Shown here piece by piece: positions 29,060 to 39,256 of a DNA stretch of 64,000 nucleotides. The first letter of the stretch is position 1. Each line of letters opens with the position of its first letter. The notes under the pieces were generated by a model. The model did not search any database. It worked only from the letters and a program-made list of their open reading frames with translations, and was not told where the DNA came from. The stretch lies in NCBI GenBank assembly GCA_965197905.1, contig CBDAOB010000004.1:1600001-1664000 (forward strand), in the 5' to 3' direction. Source of the DNA: Candidatus Latescibacterota bacterium (GTDB lineage Bacteria > Latescibacterota > UBA2968 > UBA8231). Made by a program: the position numbers and the translations under genes.

Positions 29060-29581
29060 ATGTTGTACAATATCGAAGAAAGAGAACCTCGGCTGGTGGA
29101 CAACTCGGTTTTCGTGGCCCCCAACGCTACAATTATCGGATCGGTGATCCTAGAAGTCGGTTCCAGTGTCTGGTTCAACGCCGTGATAAGGGGGGATAAC
29201 GATCAGATCACCATTCAATCCGAAAGCAACGTCCAGGACGGCGCCATCCTCCACACCGACCCCGGGCTGCCGCTTCACGTTGGACGGCGGGTCACCATCG
29301 GTCACGCGGCCGTGCTTCACGGCTGTTGGGTCGGCGAAGGCTCCCTAATAGGAATCCAGGCCACGGTGCTCAACCGGGCCAAGATCGGGTCCCATTGTAT
29401 CGTTGGCGCCGGGGCGTTGATAGCGGAAGGCAAGGAGATTCCGCCCGAGAGTCTGGTGCTGGGGGTGCCTGCGCGGGTGAAACGCACCCTGACTCAGGAG
29501 GAACTCGAACATTTGGATGGATTCGCCCAGCACTACGTCGAAAAAGCCAGGCATTACGCGACCTCGTTCAAACCCAGCTGA
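29060..29581 (+). CDS. Gamma carbonic anhydrase family protein
   Basis: Hexapeptide repeats, IRGDN, NVQDG, H..GH..LHG. Confidence 0.92.
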   Translation: MLYNIEEREPRLVDNSVFVAPNATIIGSVILEVGSSVWFNAVIRGDNDQITIQSESNVQDGAILHTDPGLPLHVGRRVTIGHAAVLHGCWVGEGSLIGIQATVLNRAKIGSHCIVGAGALIAEGKEIPPESLVLGVPARVKRTLTQEELEHLDGFAQHYVEKARHYATSFKPS

Positions 29582-29599
29582 ACCGGTTCCAGGAATTAC

Positions 29600-29899
29600 T
29601 CAGCGGCTGGCTTTGCGGGGTAGGGTAATCTGATTGGCGCCTTTGGCGCCTCCCGGTTTGTGTATCCCCCGTGCTCCGTCCGCCTTGCTCGGTTTGCCCG
29701 CGGGGCGCTTTTCGGGGTCGCCCGACTCTTCTTGGGACGCATGTTCGCGCGCTTCTTCTTGCGCTTTGAGCAACACCTCATGTTCCTGCGCTTGGTCCTC
29801 GGACAAATGGCACTTCTTGTACTTCCTTCCCGAACCACACGGACACGGATCGTTGCGACCCGTATTTTTTAGACGTTCGACACCTGTATCTTCGGCCAT
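29600..29899 (-). CDS. SEC-C metal-binding motif protein
   Basis: [26 protein letters not shown] before MAEDTG. Confidence 0.85.
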   Translation of the reverse strand: MAEDTGVERLKNTGRNDPCPCGSGRKYKKCHLSEDQAQEHEVLLKAQEEAREHASQEESGDPEKRPAGKPSKADGARGIHKPGGAKGANQITLPRKASR

Positions 29900-29999
29900 A
29901 TCTAACCTCCACAAACGACCCGCGATTTACTTCTGAGAAAATCTTACGGTAAGGCGTCGGGGATGGCAATGCCGACCGGCGACCCCTGCGGCAACCAGA

Positions 30000-31220
30000 T
30001 CAAGCTTTGCTCTGGCTGGCCGCGGCACGACCGGATTCACCGATGCCCCGGTCGAAGCTGGGGTCGAGCCACAGCTGAACGCACTCGCTTTCGTAGCCAC
30101 CATCGAGCTCACTTTGAGTAGCCAACTGTTGGATCTCGTCGGCACCGCACCACCGGGTTCGGCCGTCATCGGGCAGGGTCAGATCGAGTGGTCCGCTGCT
30201 TTGGTGGGCGTAGACCCGACAGAGTCCCTCCGGCGCTGAAAAATCGCCGATGTAGCTCATCCAGGGGACCTCGACTCCGATCTGCGAGCAGCATTCTTCT
30301 TGCAGCACACCGATACAATTCGACAGCGGACTGCCGTTGCCATCGCTCGCAAAAGCGCCCCCCGGAAACCCCCACCCGTGTCCGCGATCGAGGAGCAAGA
30401 AACGGTCGCTCTGTTCCAGCAACAAGCGGCCGCTGTGTAATCCTTCACCGTAGTGGGGCAACAGCGAGCGCCCGTCGTAGGTAACGTTGCGGTGTGCCGC
30501 CTCGCTGTAGAGCTCGGGGCCGGAGGCGGTGGGAGCATTTAGCGCGCGGTATTTGAAATAGACCCCGTAGCGATCCCGGTCGGTGCGGTTGGGACCCGCG
30601 TGGTGCCAAGTGAACATGCTCATGAACAACAGATCGCCGCGACGCAGCTTGGCGTCTTGCATGGGAGCGATCTCGTCTGCCCTGGAACGCTCCACCCGCC
30701 ACACCCGACCCTCCCGTCGCTTGCTGGTGAACCTGAACGAAGCAGGCGAAACGGATAGCGCGCCGATCTCCTCCACCAGATCCACCATCGGGGCTATGGC
30801 GAACAGCCAATTGATCGAGGAACCGGCCTGTTGGTAGGTCTTGTAATCCTGATGCGCCGTGGGATGGCTGCCCTCATAGTCTGGGCTCGTCCCCCTGGCG
30901 CCCGGCGTCTTCAGGTACGCCACGCTGGCGGACAGGGCCACCGGTCCGCCGAGCAATGCTTCCGCCCCACCGACCATCTTTGGATGGGTGGCGATGTAAG
31001 AAAGGCCGGGTTCGAGGATGTAACGGCCATCGACGTGAAAGGTGGTGGTCGGCGCCGGATATGGTTTTTTCCGGGTCTCTAGATCGGTGGGTTCCACCGA
31101 GTTCCGTATCCCGGCACCGATCGACTCGGTTTCTTCGTGGGTTAATACCTGCCGAAGAATGAGAAAGCCCTGCTCGCGGTACTGGGCAACCTGATCGTCA
31201 GTGAGCTCTGAGCTTTTCAC
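30000..31220 (-). CDS. Phytanoyl-CoA dioxygenase family protein with C-terminal Nudix-like region
   Basis: YREQGFL, HQD, GDLLF..TWH.AGPN.T..R; C-terminal WGFPGG...EE.G. Confidence 0.8.
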   Translation of the reverse strand: MKSSELTDDQVAQYREQGFLILRQVLTHEETESIGAGIRNSVEPTDLETRKKPYPAPTTTFHVDGRYILEPGLSYIATHPKMVGGAEALLGGPVALSASVAYLKTPGARGTSPDYEGSHPTAHQDYKTYQQAGSSINWLFAIAPMVDLVEEIGALSVSPASFRFTSKRREGRVWRVERSRADEIAPMQDAKLRRGDLLFMSMFTWHHAGPNRTDRDRYGVYFKYRALNAPTASGPELYSEAAHRNVTYDGRSLLPHYGEGLHSGRLLLEQSDRFLLLDRGHGWGFPGGAFASDGNGSPLSNCIGVLQEECCSQIGVEVPWMSYIGDFSAPEGLCRVYAHQSSGPLDLTLPDDGRTRWCGADEIQQLATQSELDGGYESECVQLWLDPSFDRGIGESGRAAASQSKA

Positions 31221-31240
31221 GGGTTTCTTGTATACCGGTG

Positions 31241-31921
31241 TCAGCTGCCCAGCATCCCGCGCACGACGGCGGCGGTTGCGTCTACCGCGGCGTTGGCCAG
31301 CAGAACTCCCTGTTTGGCGCTAGCGTCGAGGGGCGAGCGGTCTTCCTGATCCTGCATCGCCGCCGAGCGAACGTTCTCGGGAAACAACGCCAGTGCAAAT
31401 GCCGTCTCATACTCCTTGGCGTGACCGGGCACCCCACCTTTACACTGTTTTTCCGCCGTCTCCCGACTCAGGTCCCAGTAACTGTGAAACTGGATGTCGA
31501 TGTCGGGGTCCAGCGAGCCGAAGTAGAGATCCCACTGGGGCAGGATCCCCTCCATTGGGCGCGAGTTGCCGCCATGCCCGTTGAGGATCAGAATCTTCTT
31601 GATTCCGTGGCGCGCCAAGCTCTCCACCGCATCGAAAAACACCGACAGCCAGGGTCCGGGCTTCGCCGAGATCGTTCCCTTGTGTTCCATGTGGTGCTCG
31701 GAGATGCCGATCGCCATCGGCACGCTCACCACGGCGTCGGGGTACAGTTTTTTTGCCGCCTCGGAGGCGACGTAGCTGGCACTTACGATATCGTGCTCCA
31801 TCGCCAGGTGTTCGAGATGCTGCTCGTTGCTGCCGGTGGGCACGATCGCGGCGCGAAATTTTCCCTCCTCGAGGGCTTGCCTAAACTCGCGTCGGGTGAA
31901 TTTCGCCAATCGAACTTCCAT
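31241..31921 (-). CDS. Creatininase family protein
   Basis: PTGSNEQH.HL, SEHH, NGHGGN, GHA..ET. Confidence 0.9.
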   Translation of the reverse strand: MEVRLAKFTRREFRQALEEGKFRAAIVPTGSNEQHLEHLAMEHDIVSASYVASEAAKKLYPDAVVSVPMAIGISEHHMEHKGTISAKPGPWLSVFFDAVESLARHGIKKILILNGHGGNSRPMEGILPQWDLYFGSLDPDIDIQFHSYWDLSRETAEKQCKGGVPGHAKEYETAFALALFPENVRSAAMQDQEDRSPLDASAKQGVLLANAAVDATAAVVRGMLGS

Positions 31922-32029
31922 ATCACCGTACCGTTGTATTGAGGTAACTCACTCTTTAGTGGGCGAGAATATAGCGCCGCTGTGGGAGGACGCCAGGCGT
32001 GTGTAGGTGGTTCCTGCGAATCCGAACCT

Positions 32030-32503
32030 CTAGTGCGGCGACCATTGGGTGTAGGGGTTGCGGGCCAGGTTGACGTTGTAGTACTCGGCCTGGCCGGTTA
32101 CCTCATCTCCGACCCAGGGCGGCTTGGCGAACGCCTGCTGCGTGCTGGCTAGCTCTACTTCGGCCACCTTCAGCCCTTGATTAACCCCATGGAACAGATC
32201 CACATCCCACAAGGTACCGCCAAACTCGATCTTGTAGCGGGTCTTTTCGATGAGCGGCTCGCCGCAAAGGAGATCGAGCATGTCCCTCGCGTCGACGACC
32301 GGAATTTGATACTCGAACTCGCGGCGGCTGATGCCGGCATCGGCCCCTTTTACGGTCAGGTAAGCCCGGTCGCCGATAACGCGCACCCGCACGGTGGTAG
32401 TTCCTGCCGACGGAAGGTACCCCTGCCGACACTCTAGTCCCGCCTCGGCTCTGAGAAATTCGGTATCGATCACCAAAAATTTTCGTTCGATCTCATACGC
32501 CAT
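32030..32503 (-). CDS. CYTH domain protein
   Basis: EIERKFL, RVR, EFEY.IP, EKTR, AEVEL. Confidence 0.93.
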   Translation of the reverse strand: MAYEIERKFLVIDTEFLRAEAGLECRQGYLPSAGTTTVRVRVIGDRAYLTVKGADAGISRREFEYQIPVVDARDMLDLLCGEPLIEKTRYKIEFGGTLWDVDLFHGVNQGLKVAEVELASTQQAFAKPPWVGDEVTGQAEYYNVNLARNPYTQWSPH

Positions 32504-32550
32504 CGGCGTTCTCTCCCTTCACCCACATCAAGAGTCAGCGCGGCACGTGT

Positions 32551-33942
32551 CTACTTCTCCGTAAGATAACCTACGTCAGCGAGCTGTCGCCTGAACTCGG
32601 CGTAACGCTCGTCGTAGACGCCTCTGCGCGTCAAATCCGGTTCAAACTGTCGTTCGATGCGCACCATCGAAGCCGCCGCGTCCCAGACGTTTTCGAAGTG
32701 GCTACTCGAGGCCGCTAACACGGCACTGCCAAAAGCCGCCGCCGGGTGCGCCGGACGGTGGATGCAGCGGCCGGCAACATCGGCTCTCAGTTGCAGCCAG
32801 GGATCGCTGCCACTGGCGGCGCCGGTGCTGAATATCGCCGAATCGCTTTTGCCCGCCACACCGTCTAACACCTCGTACCCCCTTCTCTCTAATAGTGCCG
32901 TCCCCTGCAAACAAGCGGCGTAGTGTATCAGGGGGTAGGCCAGGTGCGGGGATGGAAGGAACGCACCCGCAGCCTCGTCCCACTCCGGCGGCTGCGCCTG
33001 GGGGAACAGCTCTGGAACCCACGCCGCTCCGGTATTGCTGGCAGCTCCGGGCAACCAGAGTCCGGCGGGCAGCTTGTGGGAGTAGATCTGAACCAGCGCA
33101 TCGACGGCGGGCTCCGGCGCCAACCGTTTGAAGATCAGGGTCGTGCCTAGGGAGGTATTGTCATCACCCGGTTGAGTGGCGCCCGAGGCGAGGAATCCGG
33201 CGGTGCCGTCGGTCGTTCCGGCCACGATCGCCAACCCGGACGGAAGCCGGCACACGGCGGCGGCTTGCGGACAAACACCTCCCACCACCTCACCGGGTGC
33301 GACGACGTTTGGCAGCCGCTCCGCGACACCTTCTTCGGCGCACAGCCAAGGGGGCCAGGATTGCTCCCAAAGATCGTACCCGGTCTTCAACGCATTGTTG
33401 AAATCGGTCGTCCCGTACTCCCCCGTGAGGAAAGCCATCGCGAAGTCCGCTTGATGCACAAACCAGCGGGTCTTTTCGAAGATGGCTGGTTCGCGCAGGC
33501 GCATCCAGCGAATCTTCGCGGCGGCAAATGAAGCTTCGATCCGATAGCCACGCTCTGCCCACCACGGACCCGCGAGCTCGGTAAGCTCTGCCGCCTCCTG
33601 CCGCGCTCGTGGATCGTTATACATAAGCGCGGGGCGCAAGACGGTGCCTTCCCCATCGACGGGAACTACGGTGCCCGAGGTGCCGTCCACGGCCACTGCC
33701 GCCACCTCGTTGCGACGGGTGCCCAGCTCGTTTCCTAGATGGCTCAGGGTCTGGATCAGGGCCTGACGCCAGGCGTCGGGCGACTGCTCGTGAGCCCCGT
33801 CGGTACCGACAGAGACGCCGCTTTCGTACCGGTGTTCAGCCCGGCTCACCAATTCGCCTGCGGCCGTAGTGACCAGTGCCCTCACGCCGGTGGTACCCAG
33901 GTCCACGCCGACGAACAAAGCCTGCTCCCGTCGCCGGTTCAC
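32551..33942 (-). CDS. FGGY-family carbohydrate kinase (apparent short internal deletion)
   Basis: GVDLGTTGVR, VDGTSGT, GTTDG, SLGTTL, GAASNTG; the usual GERFP segment after AYPL is absent. Confidence 0.85.
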   Translation of the reverse strand: MNRRREQALFVGVDLGTTGVRALVTTAAGELVSRAEHRYESGVSVGTDGAHEQSPDAWRQALIQTLSHLGNELGTRRNEVAAVAVDGTSGTVVPVDGEGTVLRPALMYNDPRARQEAAELTELAGPWWAERGYRIEASFAAAKIRWMRLREPAIFEKTRWFVHQADFAMAFLTGEYGTTDFNNALKTGYDLWEQSWPPWLCAEEGVAERLPNVVAPGEVVGGVCPQAAAVCRLPSGLAIVAGTTDGTAGFLASGATQPGDDNTSLGTTLIFKRLAPEPAVDALVQIYSHKLPAGLWLPGAASNTGAAWVPELFPQAQPPEWDEAAGAFLPSPHLAYPLIHYAACLQGTALLERRGYEVLDGVAGKSDSAIFSTGAASGSDPWLQLRADVAGRCIHRPAHPAAAFGSAVLAASSSHFENVWDAAASMVRIERQFEPDLTRRGVYDERYAEFRRQLADVGYLTEK

Positions 33943-34068
33943 ACGGGATTTGCCGGGCTTGCCAGGGGTGCTGGCGGGTAATCACCAAAGCCCTGGGAAC
34001 CGCTGCGCTGACCATTGACGGAGACCGTAGGCATACATTTCATAACGCTCGTGACTTCAGTGGCCGAA

Positions 34069-34805
34069 ATGGTATCCGACAAGGACCCATCAACCGAAGC
34101 CGTTCCCGTGCTCGTGGTCGACGACGACGTGGCCATTCTCGAGCTCTGCGCCCGCTAACGAGCCGCGGGTACGCCGTCGACATGGCGATGAACGCCGAGG
34201 AGGCGTTGCGCCGCGCGGAGGAGAATCCGTACCGGGTGATTCTGCTCGACCTCAAGTTGCCCGGGATGGATGGCATGGCCTGCATGCGGCGTTTAAAGGA
34301 ACAGGGCTGCCGCGCCGCAATCGTTATGGTCACCGGCTACGGCACCATTCCGGCAGCGGTCGAAGCGATGACGTTCGGTGCGCTGGATTTCCTCGAGAAG
34401 CCATTTAACCCCGACCTGCTGGTGGCGAAGGTCCAGGAGATCATTGCGCGCCAGGATAGGAGCGCCAAGCTGTCGGACGACCCGTTGGTAGCGTTCATCC
34501 AGGAACACGCCACGGAGGTGAACTCACGGCGCGACGTCGCCACCCAGTTGGGTGTGAGCCTCGAACAGGTCTCGCACCGCGTCCAGACGGCCACGGGCCA
34601 GTCGTTCAGGCAGTTTCTCCACACCTGCCGTCTCGACCTCTCCAAGCGCTTGCTGGAGTCCTCGGAAATGAACATTTCCCAGATCGCCAAGCGCGCCGGC
34701 TTTCAGACGGTGCAACACTTCAGCAGAGTTTTCCGGCGCTATGTCGGCGTGTCGCCGAAACAATACCGTCTTCAGAGTCGAGCCAGTATCAGCGGCCGCT
34801 CCTGA
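34069..34805 (+). CDS. Response regulator with AraC HTH; apparent frameshift near 34150
   Basis: MVSDK..VLVVDDD in one frame, then LLDLKLPGMDG, KPF and C-terminal GFQTVQHFSRVFRRYVGVSP. Confidence 0.82.
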
Positions 34806-34821
34806 GCCGGGTCGGCGGCAG

Positions 34822-35670
34822 TCACACATTCTCCCGCGTCCAATCACCGTCGATCCAACGCCACATGCCGTCCGCAAGGTTCGCATCGCGCAACTCCGCG
34901 GGCAACCGATGCTCCCGCACGTTGTCGTAACACTGCAACATGGCGAATCGGCGGATGGAGGCGGGGAGGCCGACAGCGGTGAATCCGGGGTGACCGGTGG
35001 CGGGATAGGGGCCGCCGTGATTCATCGCCGGGGACACCGCTACGCCGGTGGGCATCTTGTCGTTGAGCAGCCGTCCCACGCAGATGCGCAGCCGCGGTTC
35101 GAGACGACGATAACTTTCGTCGTCGGCGTCGCCGCTGTGGCTGTAGATGCAACCGGTGAGATTGCCCTCGAACTGGTCCACGACCGCCGCCGCTTCGTCG
35201 AGATCGGTCGCCACTACACATAGACTCGCGTTGCCAAACGCCTCCTCCTGAAGGCGCTACGGTTGGCGCAGAAATTCGTCGCCCGCCACGCGCAGCAAGG
35301 TATTCTCAAAGCGGTACCCCGAACCCTCCTCCACGGTCCCACCCGCCAGCAGCTGCGCCCCGGCAGCGCAAAGCAGCTTCGTGTTGCGCTCCATGCCCTC
35401 CTGTACGGCGCGACTCAACAAGGTTCCCACGGCGGCGGCTTGAAAGCTCGCTGCCGTCTGCTGCAAAAATCGATCGCTGGCCGCATCGGCGAGAAGGAGA
35501 ACCAGACCGGGGTTGGTACAGAATTGACCCGTCCCCATCAGACATGAGGTGCTGAACTCCTCAGCGATCTCGGAACCCCTCTCGGAGAGGGCACCGGGCA
35601 GGATGACGACGGGGTTGATGCTGCTCAGCTCGAGATAGATCGGTTTTCCCGCGGCGTCGGCCGCGCGTTT
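34822..35670 (-). pseudogene. NADP-dependent aldehyde dehydrogenase (alpha-ketoglutaric semialdehyde DH-like), C-terminal half only, frameshifted
   Basis: GKPIYLELSSINP, GQFCTNPG, EEAFG, PTGVAVSPAMNHGGPYPAT; N-terminal half missing. Confidence 0.78.
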
Positions 35671-36160
35671 GCGCGAAGTAGCAGCTCCGCCGCCTACGGC
35701 CCGGGTGAAAAAGCTGCTCGCTGAACTGGGCGACCTACCGGCGGAAGCAGAGGAAGAAGCCCGCACCATCGATGCCCTACAGGTCGAGAACCGGAATCTG
35801 AAACGGCAGCTGCGTTTGAAGCCGGTGCCGGAGATCGACGAGAAGGCGGTCGACCGCGCGGTTTCCCAGGCCATTCGCAATACCGATAGAGCCTACGAGA
35901 AGGTGGTAAAGAAGCTCGAACAGGACCTCGGCCGGCAAACAAGGGCCCACGTTGAGCCTTCTGAGCGGCCGGAAATCGTTGTTCCTCGCGCTACGGAATC
36001 AGCAAGGCCCGCCAGAGTGGCAACTGCGCCGAGGGTTGCGTCGCCAAGTTCAAACGGCATCCCCAAGGGCGGTGCCATGCGCATGCTAAAAGCGGCGGTG
36101 ATGCTCTACCCTGAGCCGATTACCCGACAGCGCATGGCAACCCTGGCGGGCCTGAAACTT
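35669..36160 (+). pseudogene. Fragment of a coiled-coil/wHTH protein, possibly the C-terminus of a mobile-element ATPase
   Basis: Coiled coil LGDLPAEAEEEARTI... and wHTH-like end MLKAAVMLYPEPITRQRMATLAGLK; no proper start, abuts the ALDH break. Confidence 0.35.
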
Positions 36161-36272
36161 AGGCACCGCAGAACTTGCTGCAGGCAAAGTTAAATATTAG
36201 ATTCATCATCTCAATTGTTTGATCAATGACAATCATGTGTAGTAATAGTAGTAATAGTGGAGGAATATAGTT

Positions 36273-37376
36273 ATGAAAACCACACAATACCCCCACCACT
36301 TGTTATTCTCGGCTCTCGCGCTCATCGCAGGGGGTTTACTATTGGCCCCGGCTGCTTCGGCCCAATCCGACCCCGATGAGTTGACTCGCTTCTCTGTCGG
36401 AAGCAATGTGGGCGGCCTGTTGCCCAGCACCGAGTTAGAAGATGAGATCAACGTACTGGGATCTATCTATGTTCGGCGCGACATTGTTTCCAAATGGCAA
36501 TTCGAATTGAACGGAGGCTACAAGCGGATCAATTCCTCTGACTCGGGAGTCGATGTCGGGATGGTCAGCGGCCGCCTCCTGTTCAGTCCCGTCGTCCGCA
36601 GGCAGTGGGATCTATACTTATCCAGCGGTATTGGCATCCTGCGCTACGATTGGGATCAGCCCAATATTTCGCCTTTACGCACGCCCGGACTGGACGGCAT
36701 CGGCTCCGTTCCCATGATTCCGTTGGGTACCGGGGTCCGGTATAAATTATCAGACAATCTGGCTTTGGAAGTCGCTCTCGGCTATACGATGGCCCTCAGC
36801 GACGCCATCAATGCAGTCGAAGACGGAGGTAACGACGCTTTGTGGCGAGGGACGATCGGTCTGACGCTCGGCCGCTTCGGCGACAAATCGGCCCGTCGGA
36901 CCGCTCCGGCGGTCTCCGTAGCGCAGATGGATACGGACGGAAACGAATTCACTGATGACGAAGTGGAAGCCACGCAGCCCCAAACCGAACCCGATACGGC
37001 CGATACCGACGACGAGGAGCGCTTCGTGGAAATGCCCATGCCCATAGCTCAGCGCACTGTCCTGTTCGACCTGAACTTGGCGGATCTGTCCGGCGAAGCC
37101 GAACAGATCCTTGACGGCGTAACCCAGGATCTGATGGCGCGCCCAGGGGTGGCGGTGGTGCTGCGGGGTCACACCGATAGTAGTGGCCCCAACTTGTACA
37201 ATACCAAGTTGGGCATGAAGCGGTGCCTGGCGGTCGAGAATTATATGATATCGAACGGGATTGACGCCGGACGTATGCGCCTCGAATCCAAGGGCGAGAG
37301 CGAGCCGGCCAGCCCTAATGCCACGGCGGCTGGGCGCGCATTGAACCGCCGCGTGGAGATCATCCCGGTTGAGTAG
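36273..37376 (+). CDS. OmpA family protein (N-terminal beta-barrel, C-terminal peptidoglycan-binding domain)
   Basis: Signal peptide, barrel strands, GHTD..G...N..L, NRRVEI; GGAGG RBS. Confidence 0.9.
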   Translation: MKTTQYPHHLLFSALALIAGGLLLAPAASAQSDPDELTRFSVGSNVGGLLPSTELEDEINVLGSIYVRRDIVSKWQFELNGGYKRINSSDSGVDVGMVSGRLLFSPVVRRQWDLYLSSGIGILRYDWDQPNISPLRTPGLDGIGSVPMIPLGTGVRYKLSDNLALEVALGYTMALSDAINAVEDGGNDALWRGTIGLTLGRFGDKSARRTAPAVSVAQMDTDGNEFTDDEVEATQPQTEPDTADTDDEERFVEMPMPIAQRTVLFDLNLADLSGEAEQILDGVTQDLMARPGVAVVLRGHTDSSGPNLYNTKLGMKRCLAVENYMISNGIDAGRMRLESKGESEPASPNATAAGRALNRRVEIIPVE

Positions 37377-37608
37377 GCCAGTCTTCGCGGCATCGTCGGG
37401 TATCTATCGGTCGCAGGCGGCAGCCAGCTTTCCCATAAGCATTCGGGTGGTCCTTGGAAAAGCGGGTGCGCGACGGGAAGTTGTGGAGCGGGTTGGAGCG
37501 GAGCGTCTTGTCTGTCCAGCGCATCAGGCCCTCGACGAAGTGCAGCGCGTCCTCGTAATCGTGCTGCCGTGGCGGTCTGGCCCTTGTCGAGGATAAAGAA
37601 AGAGCGCG

Positions 37609-38220
37609 ATGTCCTCTTTTGAAGCCCGAGAGTCGGTCGATGTTGGCCCGGATCGTGACCGTGGACGCCCCCCGGTCGAAAAAGAACTCTCCTTCCCCCC
37701 GTCAAGTCCCCCCCGCTCCTCGTCACCGGCCAGGGGGCAGGAAGGACACAGGCTGGATCGATTCAAAGCCGTGTTCATGTTCAATTTCGTCGACTACATC
37801 GACTGGCCCGATGCTGCCGGCGACAGTCTGTTCACCTTTGGAGTCCTTGGGGAAAGTCCCATCGCGCTGCTGCTGCGGGAAGTCGCCGAACGCAAGAGCG
37901 ATGGCCGCAGAAAACTGAACGTCAGCGTGTATGGCGGAATCGACGAAGTGGGACCCTGTGAGATGCTATTTCTATCGCACGCCTTTGCGCCCCGGATGGA
38001 GGAATTGATCCGGGTTCTCGGAAAAAAGAACATCCTGACCATAGCCGACACTCCCGGGCTCGGCGCTCGCGGCGCGGCGATCAACTTCTACGTAAAGCGC
38101 GACAAGCTGAGATTCGAAATCAACAGGGAGTGCCTGAAGCGCGCCGGTCTCTACGCCAGCTCACAGCTGCTGAAGTTGGCTACCCTGGTCGACAGCAAAG
38201 AGCCGGGGGCGGACAAATGA
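37609..38220 (+). CDS. YfiR / DUF4154 family protein (N-terminus probably damaged)
   Basis: KAVFMFNFVDYIDWP, INF, LRFEIN, SSQLLKLA. Confidence 0.82.
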   Translation: MSSFEARESVDVGPDRDRGRPPVEKELSFPPSSPPRSSSPARGQEGHRLDRFKAVFMFNFVDYIDWPDAAGDSLFTFGVLGESPIALLLREVAERKSDGRRKLNVSVYGGIDEVGPCEMLFLSHAFAPRMEELIRVLGKKNILTIADTPGLGARGAAINFYVKRDKLRFEINRECLKRAGLYASSQLLKLATLVDSKEPGADK

Positions 38221-38591
38221 GACTCAGGAAAAAGCTCATCCTCATTCAAATCCTGACCGCGTCCATCGTGCTCGTCCTGGCGAGAGGGATCATCCGGCAC
38301 GACGCCTTGGTGGAGGCCGCCCAGCAGGAGGCCAGCGAAAACCTGCAGACGATGGTCGAAGCGGGCCGGGAGGAACACGCCCTGTCGGGGCCGGTGCTGG
38401 CCGTGCGCAAGCGGCTGCCCTGGCTACAGGTCACAATCTGGCCACGGACTGTTCTAGCCGCTTCGGTGGTGGCCCTTTTCGAGGGTACCATAGCCCAGTT
38501 CACGGCTCTGGCCGTCTTTTTGCCGGTGGTCGCCGGCCAATCTGGCAATACCGGAGCTCAGGCTCTGGCCGTGACCATGCGTACGAGTTGA
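38217..38591 (+). pseudogene. mgtE: Chimera: N-terminus of a YfiR-linked membrane sensor joined to an internal MgtE fragment
   Basis: MRLRKKLILIQILTASIVLVLA followed by VRKRLPWL...LAVFLPVVAGQSGNTGAQ (MgtE TM signature). Confidence 0.7.
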
Positions 38592-38910
38592 GATCCCGTC
38601 CGATCTTCAAGGGCAAGAAATGCAATTACCAGGTCTCTGTCACGGCGGGCAGCGTCGCTGGTTGGATTCCTCGAAGAGTCGGTTACCCTCGGCAGCATCA
38701 TACATACCGACGGTTGGGGCGACTACCGTCCCCTCGCGACCACGGGCTATGACCACAGGCGCAGGACGCAAGGACGGGCGACGAACCGATGGCGGCCTTT
38801 CAGTCGCTCCTCGGACTCACCAGCCAGCACGAACCGACCACATATAATGTGTTGTATGGTTGTATGATGGTGAACAAACCGAATAGGCCCAAGTCCTTTT
38901 AGGTCGAAAA

Positions 38911-39135
38911 TCTCTGGAGGATTACAAAAAACGCTGGGATTGAAGTGCTTTTCGCAGCCCTGAAAAGCCGTGGCTTCGATCTGGAGCAAAACCATCTCAT
39001 TCACATCGAACGCATCGAAAAACTCATCGCAACTTTTGGCTATTGCCTTTACTTGGGCCCATCTTGTGGGGGAGTGGATCGCTCAAACCCAACCGCTCAA
39101 GATCAAAAAACACGGACGCAAAGAGAAAAGATGGG
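38911..39135 (+). mobile_element. IS4-family transposase C-terminal remnant, frameshifted
   Basis: YKKRW.IEVLFAALKSRGFDLE (YREK-type motif) and LLAIAFTWAHLVGEW...KIKKHGR across shifted frames. Confidence 0.75.
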
Positions 39136-39256
39136 TTGGATCGTCTGCAGTATGTGTTGCTCCTGGATCCTTGTATAGGCAAATTAAGGCTTGTCGTGTC
39201 CTGCATCTATATTGTAATTTATCAGATCGAGAGATTGACTGAACCATGGAGGGTCT

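Noticed and set aside
37376..37600. Protein-like minus-strand fragment (HDYEDALHFVEGLMRW...)
   Set aside because: No start codon and no family recognised; cannot be supported as a feature.
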